A stretch of DNA of 64,000 bases. Origin: Chiloscyllium plagiosum. Lineage: Eukaryota. This document shows, in pieces, positions 52,350-64,000 of the stretch. A model generated the notes under the pieces. The model was not told the DNA's origin and searched no databases. It was given only the letters and a program-made list of their open reading frames with translations. The stretch's first letter is position 1. Every line of letters starts with the position of its first letter. Where the stretch lies: contig NC_057718.1 in assembly GCF_004010195.1 (NCBI RefSeq), forward strand, positions 91,936,892 through 92,000,891. Direction: 5' to 3'. Made by a program: the position numbers and the translations under genes.

Positions 52350-54016
52350 AATCAAAGAATACCACGTTATAATCCAACAAGATAACTTGATATTGCAAGC
52401 TTTAGCAGCACTGCTCCTTCATCAGGACTGATGTGAAAGGGAGGTATATGACACAGTATTTATAAGTAAAAGTTAATGTTAAAAGTAGCCACCCTTCTAG
52501 AATCCTTTAGTCAGTCAGGAGGTAGACTAATTAAAATGCAAAATCCAGATTCCTTTCACGTTTCTGTCCATAGATAATTATAGGTTTTATCAATATACAA
52601 GAGGTGATATCTCAGGCTAAACAATGCATTTTAGATCTGAGGTCACGCTTTGAATCAGTCTAAGTTTTAAACTGAGTCCTGGCTCTATTTATGTGAGAGA
52701 AAACCATCTTGAGTGAAAGTATTCCACCCAGGGTGTGTGAGAGAGTGAGTTTGGGGATGTGGGGGGGGGGGGGGGGAGGAAGAGAGAGAGAAGAGGGCAA
52801 AAGGGCACATGCAAGCAAGCGACAGCGGGAGGGCCCACGTGTGCGTGCGACAGAGAGACCGAGACTGCATGCATGCGAGTGAGCAAGAGGGAGGATGGAT
52901 TGCTGCATGCATGCGAGAGACAGAGGGTGCGTGCTTGGGAGAGAGAGAGAAAGAAAGAGAGAGGGTGTGTGTGTGTGTGCGCGTGAGAGAGAGAGAGCGC
53001 ATTTGAGACACTAAGAGTGTGCATGCTTGTGTGTGTGTGATTGTGCATGCTTGTGTGTGGAAGAGGGTCTACGTATGCGTGTATAATGTGGTGGGGTTAC
53101 CCTATACTGTGACATGAACTCAAATTCATGGCTGAGACCGTCCTCATGAGTATAGAACTTCACTATCAGACTCTGCTCTGTAATTTTGTGTTGTTGCACA
53201 TCTTGAAGTCAGCATTGGAGGACACTCACCCAAAGATCGGAGGCTGAATGTCCTGGACCATTGAAGTGTTCCCCTACTGGAAAGGGACCACCATATGTTG
53301 ATTGTTGCTTGGTGTCCATTCATTAATGTCATTGCATCTGCATGGTCTCGCCAATGTACCATGCGTCAGGGCATCTCCATCATCTCAGATAGATGACAGT
53401 GGCCGAGTCATAAGAGTACCTCTAATGTATATGGTGGGTTGTGTTCCCACGTGTGACGGCAGTATTCATGTCAATGATTTGACATGTTCTGCAGAGGTTG
53501 CCATGGCAAGGTCATATGGTATTGTGGTCGATGTTGGCCTGAAAGCTGCGTAGTTTGCTGCGAACAATGGTTTGTTTAAGGTTCAGTGATTGTTTGAAGC
53601 AAGAAGTAGAGGCAGAAGGAAGATCGTGGCAAGGTGTTCATAATCACTGATGTGTTGAAGGTTGTAAAGGACATGGCATTATTTCTCCACTCTAGGGAAG
53701 TACTGGACAACTAAGGGTACCCTATCAGTTGTATCGCGTGTCTGTTTTCTGAGGAAGTCATTACAGTTTTCCACTGTATATTTCTGTTGTCCCTCTAATC
53801 CGAGCAGCTATATAAGGCTTGTCCATAGGTGATGGCTGTTTTAATATGTTTAAGATGGAAGCTGGAGAAGTGCAGCATCTTTAAGTTAACACTAGGCTGG
53901 AGGTAGACTGTGGTTCTGAGGTGTTCGTCTTTGCTGGAGATGCTTGTGTGTCCAAGAAGAAGCCTGACTCTAAACAGTAGTCAAGCCCAGTCCAACTCCA
54001 GCATCTCCATATCATC
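52350..54016 (-). mobile_element. Penelope-like element (GIY-YIG C-terminus, microsatellite-rich 3' UTR, decayed hammerhead)
   Basis: Minus: CPDAWYIGETMQ..NGH and EQSLIVKFYTHEDGL. Hammerhead remnant CTGATGA-aggagc-agt-gctgc-TAAA at about 52397-52426. Inverted tail at 53985-54016. Confidence 0.8.
52735..53060. repeat. Compound (GA)n/(GT)n/poly-G microsatellite region
   Basis: Direct inspection. Confidence 0.9.
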
Positions 54017-54282
54017 ACTAGAGTATACTTTTCAAGTTTAGTTATAAATTTAAAGAGACAAAATGTTTTGAACAGCCAGCAATAATCCAGTATTGTTAAA
54101 TGACATGAAGCAGTTCTTAGGTTTTATCAGCTTTGGGTATCTTACACCAACATTTGCAAAGACCTGTAAAAAAATACTCCAGCTCTTCTTGCCAAAATTT
54201 CCTGTTTGTACAAGTCTCTTTGTTCAGCTGGCCACAGAAACATTTGTCTGTGCCTCAGACTGGACAGTCCCCTAACAGTAAA

Positions 54283-54955
54283 CAGTTGAAAGTAGAATCG
54301 CAGGTAGATAGGATAGTGAAGAAAGCATTTGGAATGCTTTCCTTTATTGGTCAGAGTATTGAGTACAGGAGTTGGGAGGTCACATTACTGCTGTATGGGA
54401 CATTGGTTAAGCCACTTTTGGAATATTGCGTGCAATTCTGGTCTCCTTCCTATCAGAAGATGTTGTGAAACTTGAAAGGTTTAGAAAAGATTTACAAGGA
54501 TGTTGCAAAGATCGGAGGATTTGAGATACAGGGACAGGTTGAATAGGTAGGGCTGTTTTCCTTCGAGCATCAGAGGCTGAGGGGTGACCTTATAAAGGTT
54601 TATAAAATTATGAGAGGCATGGACAGGGAAAATAGACAAGGTCTTTTCCCGAGGATGAGGGAGTCCAGAAATGGAGGGCATAGCTTTAGGGTGAGAGGGG
54701 AAAGATATAAAAGGGATCTATGGGGCAGCTTTTTCATGCAGAAGATGGTGCGTGCGTGGAATGGGCTGCCAGAGGAAGTGGTGGAGGCTAGAACAATTGC
54801 AACATTTAATAGGCATCTTGATAGGTATATGAATGAGAAAGGTTTGGAGGGATATGGGCCAGATGCTAGCATGCGGGACTAGATTGGGTTGGGATATCTG
54901 GTTGGCATGGCCGAGTTGGACCAAAGGGTCTGTTTCAGTGCTGTATGTCTCTATC
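54283..54955 (+). mobile_element. CR1 3' end
   Basis: KVESQVDRIVKKAFGMLSFIGQSIEYRSWEV..YCVQFWSP. Confidence 0.92.
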
Positions 54956-54975
54956 ACACCAGCTGCAATAGACAT

Positions 54976-55902
54976 TGTTACCCTACACTGGAGGCAGCAC
55001 ATTGGAAATCAAACCCAACTATCCCTGGAGTCATCACAGAAGTTGAAAGATTTCATAAAATCAAGCAAAATTCTTCAATTACCAGTCTTTTAAGAATCTG
55101 AACTAGAGAAAGTACAGACCAGATACCCGTACTCAACAAAAATTCCTATTTATTTCAAGTAAATAGATTGCAACTCCAGATAAACAATTATAACTGCTGA
55201 CATATAGTGCTACAGTTAAAATGCTACCATCTTTACAAACTCTCCCTCGACACAAAGAAAAAAAGGGTGTTATAAGCTGTCGGAAAAACTTGTCAGGTGG
55301 TTAAATGGTCCCTGTCACCCAGGGTTACTGAAATGTTCCTTTTGGCTTGTCAAAACATACTGCTCCTTTCCAGATATGTTTGCTTGTTTGTAGAAGTTAG
55401 TATGGCTATTTCACCCATGCAAGATCTCCGAGCTACTAGTTAAGAGCCACAGTTACAGCTACTATGGAGGGAAATAAAAATTGGCAATTTTGAGGCTTGA
55501 AATACTTTTTACTGCAGAGCTAAAACAGCTCCTTCTCCTGCAAATATCTGATTGGTTCTGTCAAAACATTCATGGCCCCAAGCTATTCAGCTATCTTGTA
55601 GCCAATCACAGTTGTTGACAGAGAGAACGTATTTGTCATCAATAACTGGTCCACAAACCAATCAGCTACTTTCTGCAAACCAAAGCTCCATTCATACACA
55701 TTCCTTGGCTCCAGCTCATTTGTTAACCAGGGTTCTAATATTACTTGAACAAGTAATTGTGTAAAGAGGACTTACAATGAGTGTCAGGTTATTTGCTTTT
55801 ATAAAGCGTAGCAATCCTTCAATGATCATTGGCTTTTCTTCGTTTCTCTATTTCAGTTCAGGAATCAAAAATACAGACAAATAAAAAGATACTGTCTTTA
55901 CA
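54976..55902. mobile_element. Solo-LTR-like repeat
   Basis: TGTTA...TTACA termini; flanks acat/atat; shares its end with 4701-4813. Confidence 0.55.
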
Positions 55903-56604
55903 ATATTTGAAAAATGAATTGTTAGGAATAGTGTAAGTACATATGTTCTGGCATTATTAATGCTTGTGTACTACAATACATAACAAAATGTAAAAGGTGG
56001 CAGTGCTGGAGATCTGAAAGAGAAACAAAGTGCTGGAAAAACTCAGGAGACCTGGCAGCATCTGTAAGGTGGTGCATGCATGGAATGAGCTGCCAGAGGT
56101 AGTAGCGGAGGCTGGCACAATTATAACAATTTATAAGGCATTTGGATGGATATAAGAATAGAAAGGGTTTAGCAGGACATTGGCCAAATACTGGTAAATG
56201 GGACTAGATTTATTTAGGAATCTGGTTGGCATGGACGAGTTGGACCGAAGCATCTGTTTTCCTGTCATATGTCGATAGATCCATGCTGTACATCTCCATG
56301 ACTCTAGATACCACCACCTTTTGCCTCAACTTCTTATACTACACTGTTGGCATTTTATCTTCTTCTACCTTTCCTGCTTCTCTTACCATACAGCACTCTC
56401 CAATTCTTATAATTACATTTAGTACTAAGAGATCCTCCTTTAGCTTTTCATTGAAATATTCTTCATCCTGGTGATTTGACATCTACCTAATCTCGACTCA
56501 CCATATCCACTCACCCCATCCGTACTCTACTCTATTGTTCTAATTTCACCATTCACAATCTTTGCCACCTCCATTCACACACTCAGCCTTGCCACTTCAC
56601 ATGT

Positions 56605-57730
56605 CCTTCATTTTGTGAAAGGGAAGTCATGCCTGACTAACTTATTAATTTATTTGAGGAAGTAACGCAGATAAAGGGGAACCTGTGGTTCTGCTGTCTT
56701 GGATTCCCAGAAGGCATTCAACAAGGTGTTACATCAAAAGATTACTACACAAAAAGTGCAAGGTAAAACATATTTGCACAGTTAGACAATAAGCTAACGA
56801 AAGGAAGCAGATAATGCACAAGCCGGGCATTACAAATTGGCAAAATGTAACAAATGGAATATCATAGGAATCAATGCTTGGGCCTCAAATCTCCAATCAA
56901 AATCGAATAAATTTCTTGGATGATAGGAATGAATGTATTTACCAAATCTACTGATCACACAAAGATGCGTAGACGAGAAGGACGCATAGTCTGCAAATGG
57001 ATACAAGTAAGTGAAGTGAGAGGCAAAAATCTGACAGATGGCAATAACACGTGAATAAGTCAACTTGGCAGGAAGAATTAAAAATACATCATTTGAATAG
57101 AGAGAGATGGCAGAACACTAGTACTTGGAGGACTCTGGATATATTGATACACAAAGCACAAAGTTAGTGTATAGGTTCAACAAGCGATTAGGAAGAAAAT
57201 GGAATATGTGTACTTATTGCAGGGGTATGGACATAAAAGTAGGGAGGTTTTGATGTGTAGATCATTGATAAGATCACATTTAAAGTAATGTGTGAAGTTT
57301 TGGCTTCCTTACTTGAGGGAGGATACAATTACATCAGAAGTGGTTCAAAGAAGGTTGACTCAACTAATTCCTGGGAAGAAAGGGTAAGCTTATAAGAAAT
57401 GTTGGACAGATTGAGCTTGTATCCATTGAAGTTTGGGGAAAGAAAAGGTGATCTTATTAAAGCATACAGGATCCTGAGGGGACTTGACTGAATGGTTGTA
57501 CAAAAGATGTTTTCCTTTGCGGGAAGGAATACAATTAAGGCACATAGTTTAAAATAGGGATTCACCCATTTAAGAAAAATGAGGAGAGTTCTTCTTCTCT
57601 TAGAGGGCTGTTAATCTGTGGAATTCTCTTTCCCAGAGAGTAGGCAAGGCAATTAAATATTTTTAAAGGCACAATTAGATCGACTGCCTTATTAGGCAAG
57701 TATCTAAGAGCATTTGGGGGAGGTGCGGGG
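56605..57730 (+). mobile_element. Old CR1 RT-to-3' remnant
   Basis: Decayed FVKGKSCLTNL, FNKV and C-terminal motifs. Confidence 0.7.
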
Positions 57731-58557
57731 GATGTGGACAAAAATGATTTAACAAAGCTTGTGTCTGAATCTCACGGTCACATTGGAATTATTCTAATAA
57801 TTATTATTATAATGTCTGAACATCCCACACAAAAAGTAACTAGATACAGATTATGTGCCAAGTCATTCCACGAGCTTTGTTAAGTGCCAACAAAAGTGAA
57901 ATAAATTGTACCAGGATACATTGATAAACCATTAGAGACAACAGCATTTAATAGCCTTGATTATTCTGATCCAATTAATAGTCTTCATTTTTTGAACAAA
58001 TTGGTAGGTATCTAATTTGATGTTGCCCACAAGGAAAGAGGATCTATCATTATCCTTGATCCAGAATGACATTTACCAAGGATGAGAAGTTTTAGTCATG
58101 GACCTTCATGTGAATAACGGGCCAATTCTCCATCAGCATTTCTTTGGCCACACAGGATAAGATAACCTGAGAGGTAGTTTGACCTGGAGTACAGGATTGG
58201 ATTCCTTTTCTTTCCTTCTCTGCCACTGTGTGCTACTATTGAGACCTGCCACTCAAAGTAAGTTTGAGCTTGATAAGACAAATTTTCACCATTCTGAACA
58301 ACTTGTAACGAGGTCCTCAGAGTCAGACGTTCAATGCCAAGATGGAGGACGGGAAAAATTTCTAGCTGTAACAGTTGCTCCTTTTGTGAGGAATTTAAGG
58401 TGCTAGAGATGATTTCCTCGAATTGCAGGTGCATCAATTACTGTTTCATATGCTGTTGCATTGTTTTATATCTTTGGGAAAAGAAAGTCAAAACAACAGC
58501 AGTTTTAAAAGGGAGAACAGACAAAGGAAGCACATGGTAAAGTCATTGCAGGAGAGC

Positions 58558-58560
<3 letters not shown>

Positions 58561-58608
<48 letters not shown>
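58561..58608. repeat. (AG)24 microsatellite in the CR1 5' UTR
   Basis: Perfect dinucleotide run. Confidence 0.98.
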
Positions 58609-58617
<9 letters not shown>

Positions 58618-58957
58618 ACAGGTACTGCCTTTGATGTTTGAATTCGCGTATCGCTGAACATCGGAGTGACATCTGGGAAAGTTATCAAACAGTGAAATTC
58701 ACAACTGATCTTGGAGGAACTGTTGGGCGAAGTTCACAGCACAGAATCAGATAAGTTAGTTGTTGTTTCAAGTGCGGTCTACAGAGAATCTGCAGTAGTG
58801 AATAGAGTAGGTTCTTTCTTGATTATAGGTTTTTGGAGATAAGCCTCTTGATTAAACTTGAAATATAAGCCATAACTATTCATTTAACCTGGGGCAGTGT
58901 TTGTAGAGGGATAAGATGGTGTTATTTTCTGGGTCTGTAGATTGTGAAGGAGCAAAA

Positions 58958-59879
58958 ATGGCCTTTAATAGAGTGATATGTACTTCTTGTCAGATGTGGG
59001 AGTTTAAAGAGAGTTTAAGGGGAACTGCGATAATATCTGCCATAAATGCTGCTGGCTGCGAATCTTATCAGATCGAATGGATCGGTTGGAGAGACAGTTA
59101 GAAGCAATGAGAAATTTGCAACAGCAACAGTATGTGATAGATGGCAGTTATAGGGAGGGGGAAAAGTCCCAGATACAGTCACATGGATGGGTTAACTCCA
59201 GGAAAAGTTAAGAGAGTAGGCAGCTAGTGCAGGAGTCTTTTGTGGATATACCCATTTCAACAGGTATGCTGTTTTGGAAAGTGTAGGGGGTGATAGGTTC
59301 TCAGGGGAACGGAGCACAAACAGCCAAGTTTCTGGTTCTAATGCAACGAGGGGTATGTTGGGTTCCAGGAGATCAATTGTGTTCGGGGATTCTCGAGTTT
59401 GCGGTACAGACAAGACACTTCTGTGGCCAGCAGCGAAAAAGCAGAATGGTGTGTTGTTTCCCTGGTGCCAGGATCCAAGACGTCTCAGAGAGGGTGCAGA
59501 ATGTTCTCACAGGGGAGAGGGGCCAGCAAGAGGTCATTATCCACATTGGAACCAACGAGACAAGAAGGAAAAAGGTTGAGATTCTGAAGGGAGCTTAGAG
59601 AGAGTTAGGCAGAAATTTAAAAAGGAGGTCCTTGAGAGTAGTAATATCTGGATTACTCCCGGTGCTACGTGCTAGTGAGGGTAGGAATAGGAGAACAGAG
59701 CAGACGAATGCATGGCTGAGGAGCTGGTGTATGGGGAAGGATTCACATTTTTCGATCATTGGAATCTCTTTTGGGGTAGAAGTGACCTGTATGAGAAGGA
59801 CGGATTGCACCTAAATTGGAAGGGGACTAATATATTGGCAGGGATATTTGCTAGAGCTGCTCAGGATGATTTAAACTAG
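58958..59879 (+). pseudogene. CR1 ORF1 (zinc finger + SGNH esterase-like), frameshifted
   Basis: MAFNRVICTSCQMWEF... ending DGLHLNWKGTNILAGIFARAAQDDLN* (TAG 59877-59879). Confidence 0.85.
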
Positions 59880-62520
59880 TAAGGTGTGGTGGGGTGTGGG
59901 GGGGTGGGACCCAGGGAGATAGTGAGGAAAGAGATCAATCAGAGACTGGTACAGTTGAGAACAGAAGTGAGTCAAACAGTCAGGGCAGGCAGGGACAAGA
60001 CAGCTCTAATAAATTAAACTGCATTTATTTCAATGCAAGGGGCCTAACAGGGAAGGCAGATGAACTCAGGGCATGGTTAGGAACATGGGACTGGCATATC
60101 AAAGCAATTATAGAATCAAGGCTCAGGGATGGGCAGGACTGGCAGCTGAACGTTCCAGGCTACAAATGCTACAGGAAGGATAGAAAGGGAGGCGAGAGAG
60201 GAGAGGGAGTGGCAATTTTGATAAGGGATAACATTACAGCTGTCCTGAGGGAGGATATTCCCAGAAATACATCCAGGGAAGTTATTTGGGTGGAACTGAG
60301 AAATAAAAAAGGGATGACAACCTTATTGGGATTGTATTACAGACCCCCTAATAGTCAGAAGGAAATTGAGAAACAAACGTAAGGAGATTTCGGCTCGCTG
60401 TAAAACAAAAAAGGGTGGTTGGGATTTTAACTTTACAAACATAGACTGGGACTGCCATAGTGTTAAGGGTTTAGATGAAGAGGAATTTGTTAAGTGTGTA
60501 CAAGACAATTTTCTGATTCAGTATGTGGATGTACCTATGAGAGAAGGTGCAAAACTTGACTTACTCTTGGGAAATAAGACAGGGCAGGTGACTGAGGTGT
60601 CAGTGGGGGAGTACTTTGGCGCCAGCAGCCATAATTCTATTAGATTTAAAATAATGATGGAAAAGGATAGACCAGATCTAAAAGTTGAAGTTCTAAATTG
60701 GAGAAAGGCCAATTTTGACGGCATTAGGCAAGAACTTGCGAAAGCTGACTGGGGGCAGATGTTCGCAGGTAAAGGGACAGCTAGAAAATGGAAAGCCTTC
60801 AGAAATGAGATAACGAGAAAGTATATTCCTGTTAGGGTGAAAGGAAGGGCTGGTAGGTATAGGGAATGCTGGATGACTAAAGGAATTGAGGGTTTGGATA
60901 AGAAAAAGAAGGAAGCATACGTAAGGTATAGACAGGATAGATCAAGTGAATCCTTAGAAGAGTATAAAGGAAGTAGGAGTATACTTAAGAGGAAAGTCAG
61001 AAGGGCAAAAAGGGGACATGAGATAGCATTGGCAAATAGAATTAAAGAGAATCCAAAGGGCTTTTACAAATATATTAAGGACAAAAGGGTAACTAGGGAG
61101 AGAATAGGGCCCCTCAAAGATCAACAAGGTGGCCTTTGTGTGGAGCCACAGAAAATGAGGGAGATACTAAATGCGTATTTTGCATCCGTATTTACTGTGG
61201 AAAAGGATATGGAAGATATAGACTGTAGGGGAATAGATGGTGACATCTTGCAAAATGTCCATATTACAGAGGAGGAAGTGCTGGATGTCTTGAAACGCAT
61301 AAAGGTGAATAAATCCCCAGGACCTGATCAGGTGTACCCGAGAACTCTGTGGGAAGCTAGAGAAGTGATTGCTGGGCCTCTTGCTGATATATTTGTATCA
61401 TCGATAGTCACAGGGGAGGTGCCGGAAGACTGCAGGTTGGCTAACATGGTGCCACTATTTAAGAAGGGTGGTAAGGACAAGCCAGGGAACTATAGACCAG
61501 TGAGCCTGATGTCAGTGGTGGGGAAGTTGTTGGAGGGAATCCTAAGGGACATGATGTACCTGTATTTGGAAAGGAAAGGACTGATTAGGGATAGTCAACA
61601 TGGTTTTGGGCATGGGAAATCATGTCTCACAAACTTGATTGAGTTTTTTGAACAAGTAACAAAGAGGATTGATGAGGGCAAAGCAGTAGATAAGGTTCCC
61701 CATGGGAGATTGATTAGCAAGGTTAGATCTAAAGGAATACAGTGAGAACGAGCCATTTGGATACAGAACTGACTCAAAGGTAGAAGACAGAGGGTGGTGG
61801 TGAAGGGTTGTTTTTCAGATTGGAGGCCTGTCACCAGTGGAGTGCCACAAGGATCGGTGCTGGGTCCTCTACTTTTTGTCATTTTCATACACTTAATGGT
61901 AAGGTCCTAGGGAGTGTTGCTGATCAGAGACCTTGGAGTTCAGGTTCATAGCTCCTTGAAAGTGGAGTCGCAGGTAGATAGGATAGTGAAGGTGGTGTTT
62001 GGTATGCTTTCCTTTATTGGTCAGAGTATTGAGTACAGGAGTTGGGAAGTCATCATGCGGCTATACAGGACATTGGTTCGGCCATTGTTGGAACATTGTG
62101 TGCTATTCTGGTCTCCTTCCTATTGGAAAGATGTTGTGAAACTTGAAAGGGTTCAGAAAAGATTTACAAAGATGTTGCCAGGGTTGGAGGATTTGAGCTG
62201 AAGGCAGAGGCTGAACAAACTGGGGCTGTCTTCCCTGGAGCGTTGGAGGCTGAGGGGTGACCTTAGAGGTTTACAAAATTGAGGGGCATGGATAGGATAA
62301 ATCGGCGAAGTCATTTCCCTGTGGTTGGGGAGTCCAGAACTAGAGGGCATAGGTTTAGGGTGACAGGGGAAAGATATAAAAGAGACCTACGGGGCAACTG
62401 TTTCACGCAGAGGGGGTACGTGTATGGAATGAGCTGCAAGAGGAAGTGGTGGAGGTTGGTACAATTGCAACATTTAAGAGACATTTGGATGGGTATATGA
62501 ATAGGAAGGGTTTGGAGGGA
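59870..62520 (+). pseudogene. CR1 ORF2 (APE endonuclease + reverse transcriptase), disrupted
   Basis: ORFs 59894-60382, 60366-61745 and 61914-62201; a deletion near 61885 removes the YINDL..FADD segment. Confidence 0.9.
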
Positions 62521-63369
62521 TACAGGCCGGTTGCTGGCAGGTTGGACTAGGTTGGGTTGGGATATCTGATGGCATGGACAGGTTGGACCGAACAGTCTGT
62601 TTCCATGCTGTGCATCTCTATGACTCTAGGAAGAGCTTCAAACATCTGTGTGAAGAGTTTTCTTTGTGGGTCACTCTTGATCAAAAATTCAATTGGGCAA
62701 ACAAAATAAATGGCTATGGCAACAAATCAGAGAATGGGTATTCTGTAGCAGGTTTCTCACCTTCAATCCCCAAAAGTCTTTCTCCCATTAACATAAATAC
62801 TGGCAAACTACAGTGTACTCCATACATTACCTGTAGGCTGCTGTGCAACATCTCACAAAAACTTTTCCTGCAACATGTCCCATAGATAGTTCCAAGTTTT
62901 ATGACCTAAATGTTTAAAGTGCAATTATCCAGACTTTACTGGTCCATTATTGAGCAGAGGGGAAGAGGATGAAAAACTAATAGACATTCTGTGCACAAAT
63001 TATGAAAAAAAATGCTTTTCTGAAATGCACTTCCATTGAATGCACAGATATGCAGTCAAACGTTCATCTTTTTGATTCTAATTTATATCAATAAACTTCA
63101 TACCTTGGTAATAAAATATTTCAGTTTATTATAAACCACAACTTGTTATCCTGTATATTTCACAAACCTACGTAACTTTCATTTTAAAATAAGTTTTTAC
63201 TTTCAAGCAGAGACAAAGGCTAAACACTGATCTTACAACTGACCAAAATATTTGCTCAAATGTTTTATTACTACATTAGTTATTTTTTAGTACTATGTTA
63301 GACAAATGAATGTCCATTTTGCTACATTCCCACCTCCGATGCCCTGCTGATTAAGTGATGCATTCGCAG

Positions 63370-63900
63370 TAACAACTCTTTCATAGCATTTACTGCATAG
63401 TAAATGCCCCAAAGTGCTTTGTCATCAAATGTTGACACCAAGCCATATTAGGGCAGGTGACCAAAACGTAATCAGAGAAAGGGTTTAAAGAATATAAGGA
63501 TGTGATTGAGACGCAAATTTAATATGGTAGAAAATTACGTAGGTTTGTGCAAGTAGCTTTAAACATGACCCCAATCTTGTGATGACTGAAATTTTCCAGA
63601 ATTTTAGAATTGGAAGAATCTACAAATCTCAGAGTTTATGGCTTGGAAGAGGTGACATAGATAAAGAGGGTTGAAAATAAAGATAGCTCTAAAACAGACT
63701 TTGTCTGATCAAGAACCAAAGCTGGTCAGTGAGCACAGTGACAAGTTAAGAAGACTGAATGTAAGCTCTGAAGCAGTTAGCACAGTTTTCAGTTAGTTTT
63801 TTTTTGGGGTGGGAGGGGTGGGGGAGGTGTGGGCGAAGAAACCAGGGGACATGTTAGAAGTTGGAAGCAGAATGATTTGCTTAAGGTGGAAAATACTGGA
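63370..63900 (-). mobile_element. Old L2-like LINE 3' remnant
   Basis: cccaaagtgcttt...tgaccaaaa...gggtttaaag pattern typical of reverse-oriented L2 tails. Confidence 0.45.
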
Positions 63901-63911
63901 ATTAGATATGA

Positions 63912-63974
63912 TTCGGAGATGCCGGTGTTGGACTGGGGTGTACAAAGTTAAAAATCACACAACACCAGGTGTTG
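63912..63974 (-). mobile_element. 63-bp Penelope tail insertion
   Basis: Reverse complement of the 6305-6366 tail; perfect 15-bp TSD tggaattagatatga (63897-63911 / 63975-63989). Confidence 0.8.
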
Positions 63975-64000
63975 TGGAATTAGATATGACATTCAAAAGG

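Larger units (their letters stand above)
58480..62627 (+). mobile_element. Near full-length CR1 (HER1-like) LINE, antisense to the host gene
   Basis: 5' UTR with (AG)n; ORF1 zinc finger (CTSCQMW) plus SGNH esterase (GDS, CFPGA, HIGTN, DGLHLN); ORF2 APE (YFNARGL) and a 459-aa open segment into the RT; typical 3' tail. Confidence 0.95.

Noticed and set aside
52660..53048. Several overlapping 65-119 aa ORFs
   Set aside because: Low-complexity translations of (GA)/(GT) microsatellites.
63805..63833. G-quadruplex-like tract
   Set aside because: Isolated simple G-run inside an old LINE remnant, with no functional context visible.

Overview
Eukaryotic, repeat-dense genomic DNA from a cartilaginous fish (HE1-type SINEs and HER1/CR1 LINEs point to a shark or ray). 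The whole window lies inside one large minus-strand gene, RALGAPA2 (Ral GTPase-activating protein catalytic subunit alpha-2). Only two small coding exons are visible: 48217-48327 (111 nt) and 42738-42787 (50 nt). Exon 1 and exon 4 were not found and probably lie outside the window. The rest is intron filled with nested transposons: many CR1 LINEs (one near full length at about 58.5-62.6 kb), an internally deleted L1-clade element, a Gmr1-like Ty3/Gypsy LTR element (integrase before RT, tRNA-Pro PBS), solo LTRs, Tigger-like MITEs, HE1 SINEs and Penelope-like elements. There are also two assembly gaps. The two most interesting signals are: (1) an in-phase U_UUA_AAC slippery site plus G-rich tract exactly at the CR1 ORF1/ORF2 junction, where ORF2 is in the -1 frame and has no usable ATG, suggesting -1 ribosomal frameshifting; (2) several 60-200 bp Penelope-derived insertions with 12-15 bp target-site duplications, most carrying minimal hammerhead ribozyme motifs. 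All calls were made by eye. Repeat boundaries are approximate unless a TSD or TIR is quoted.
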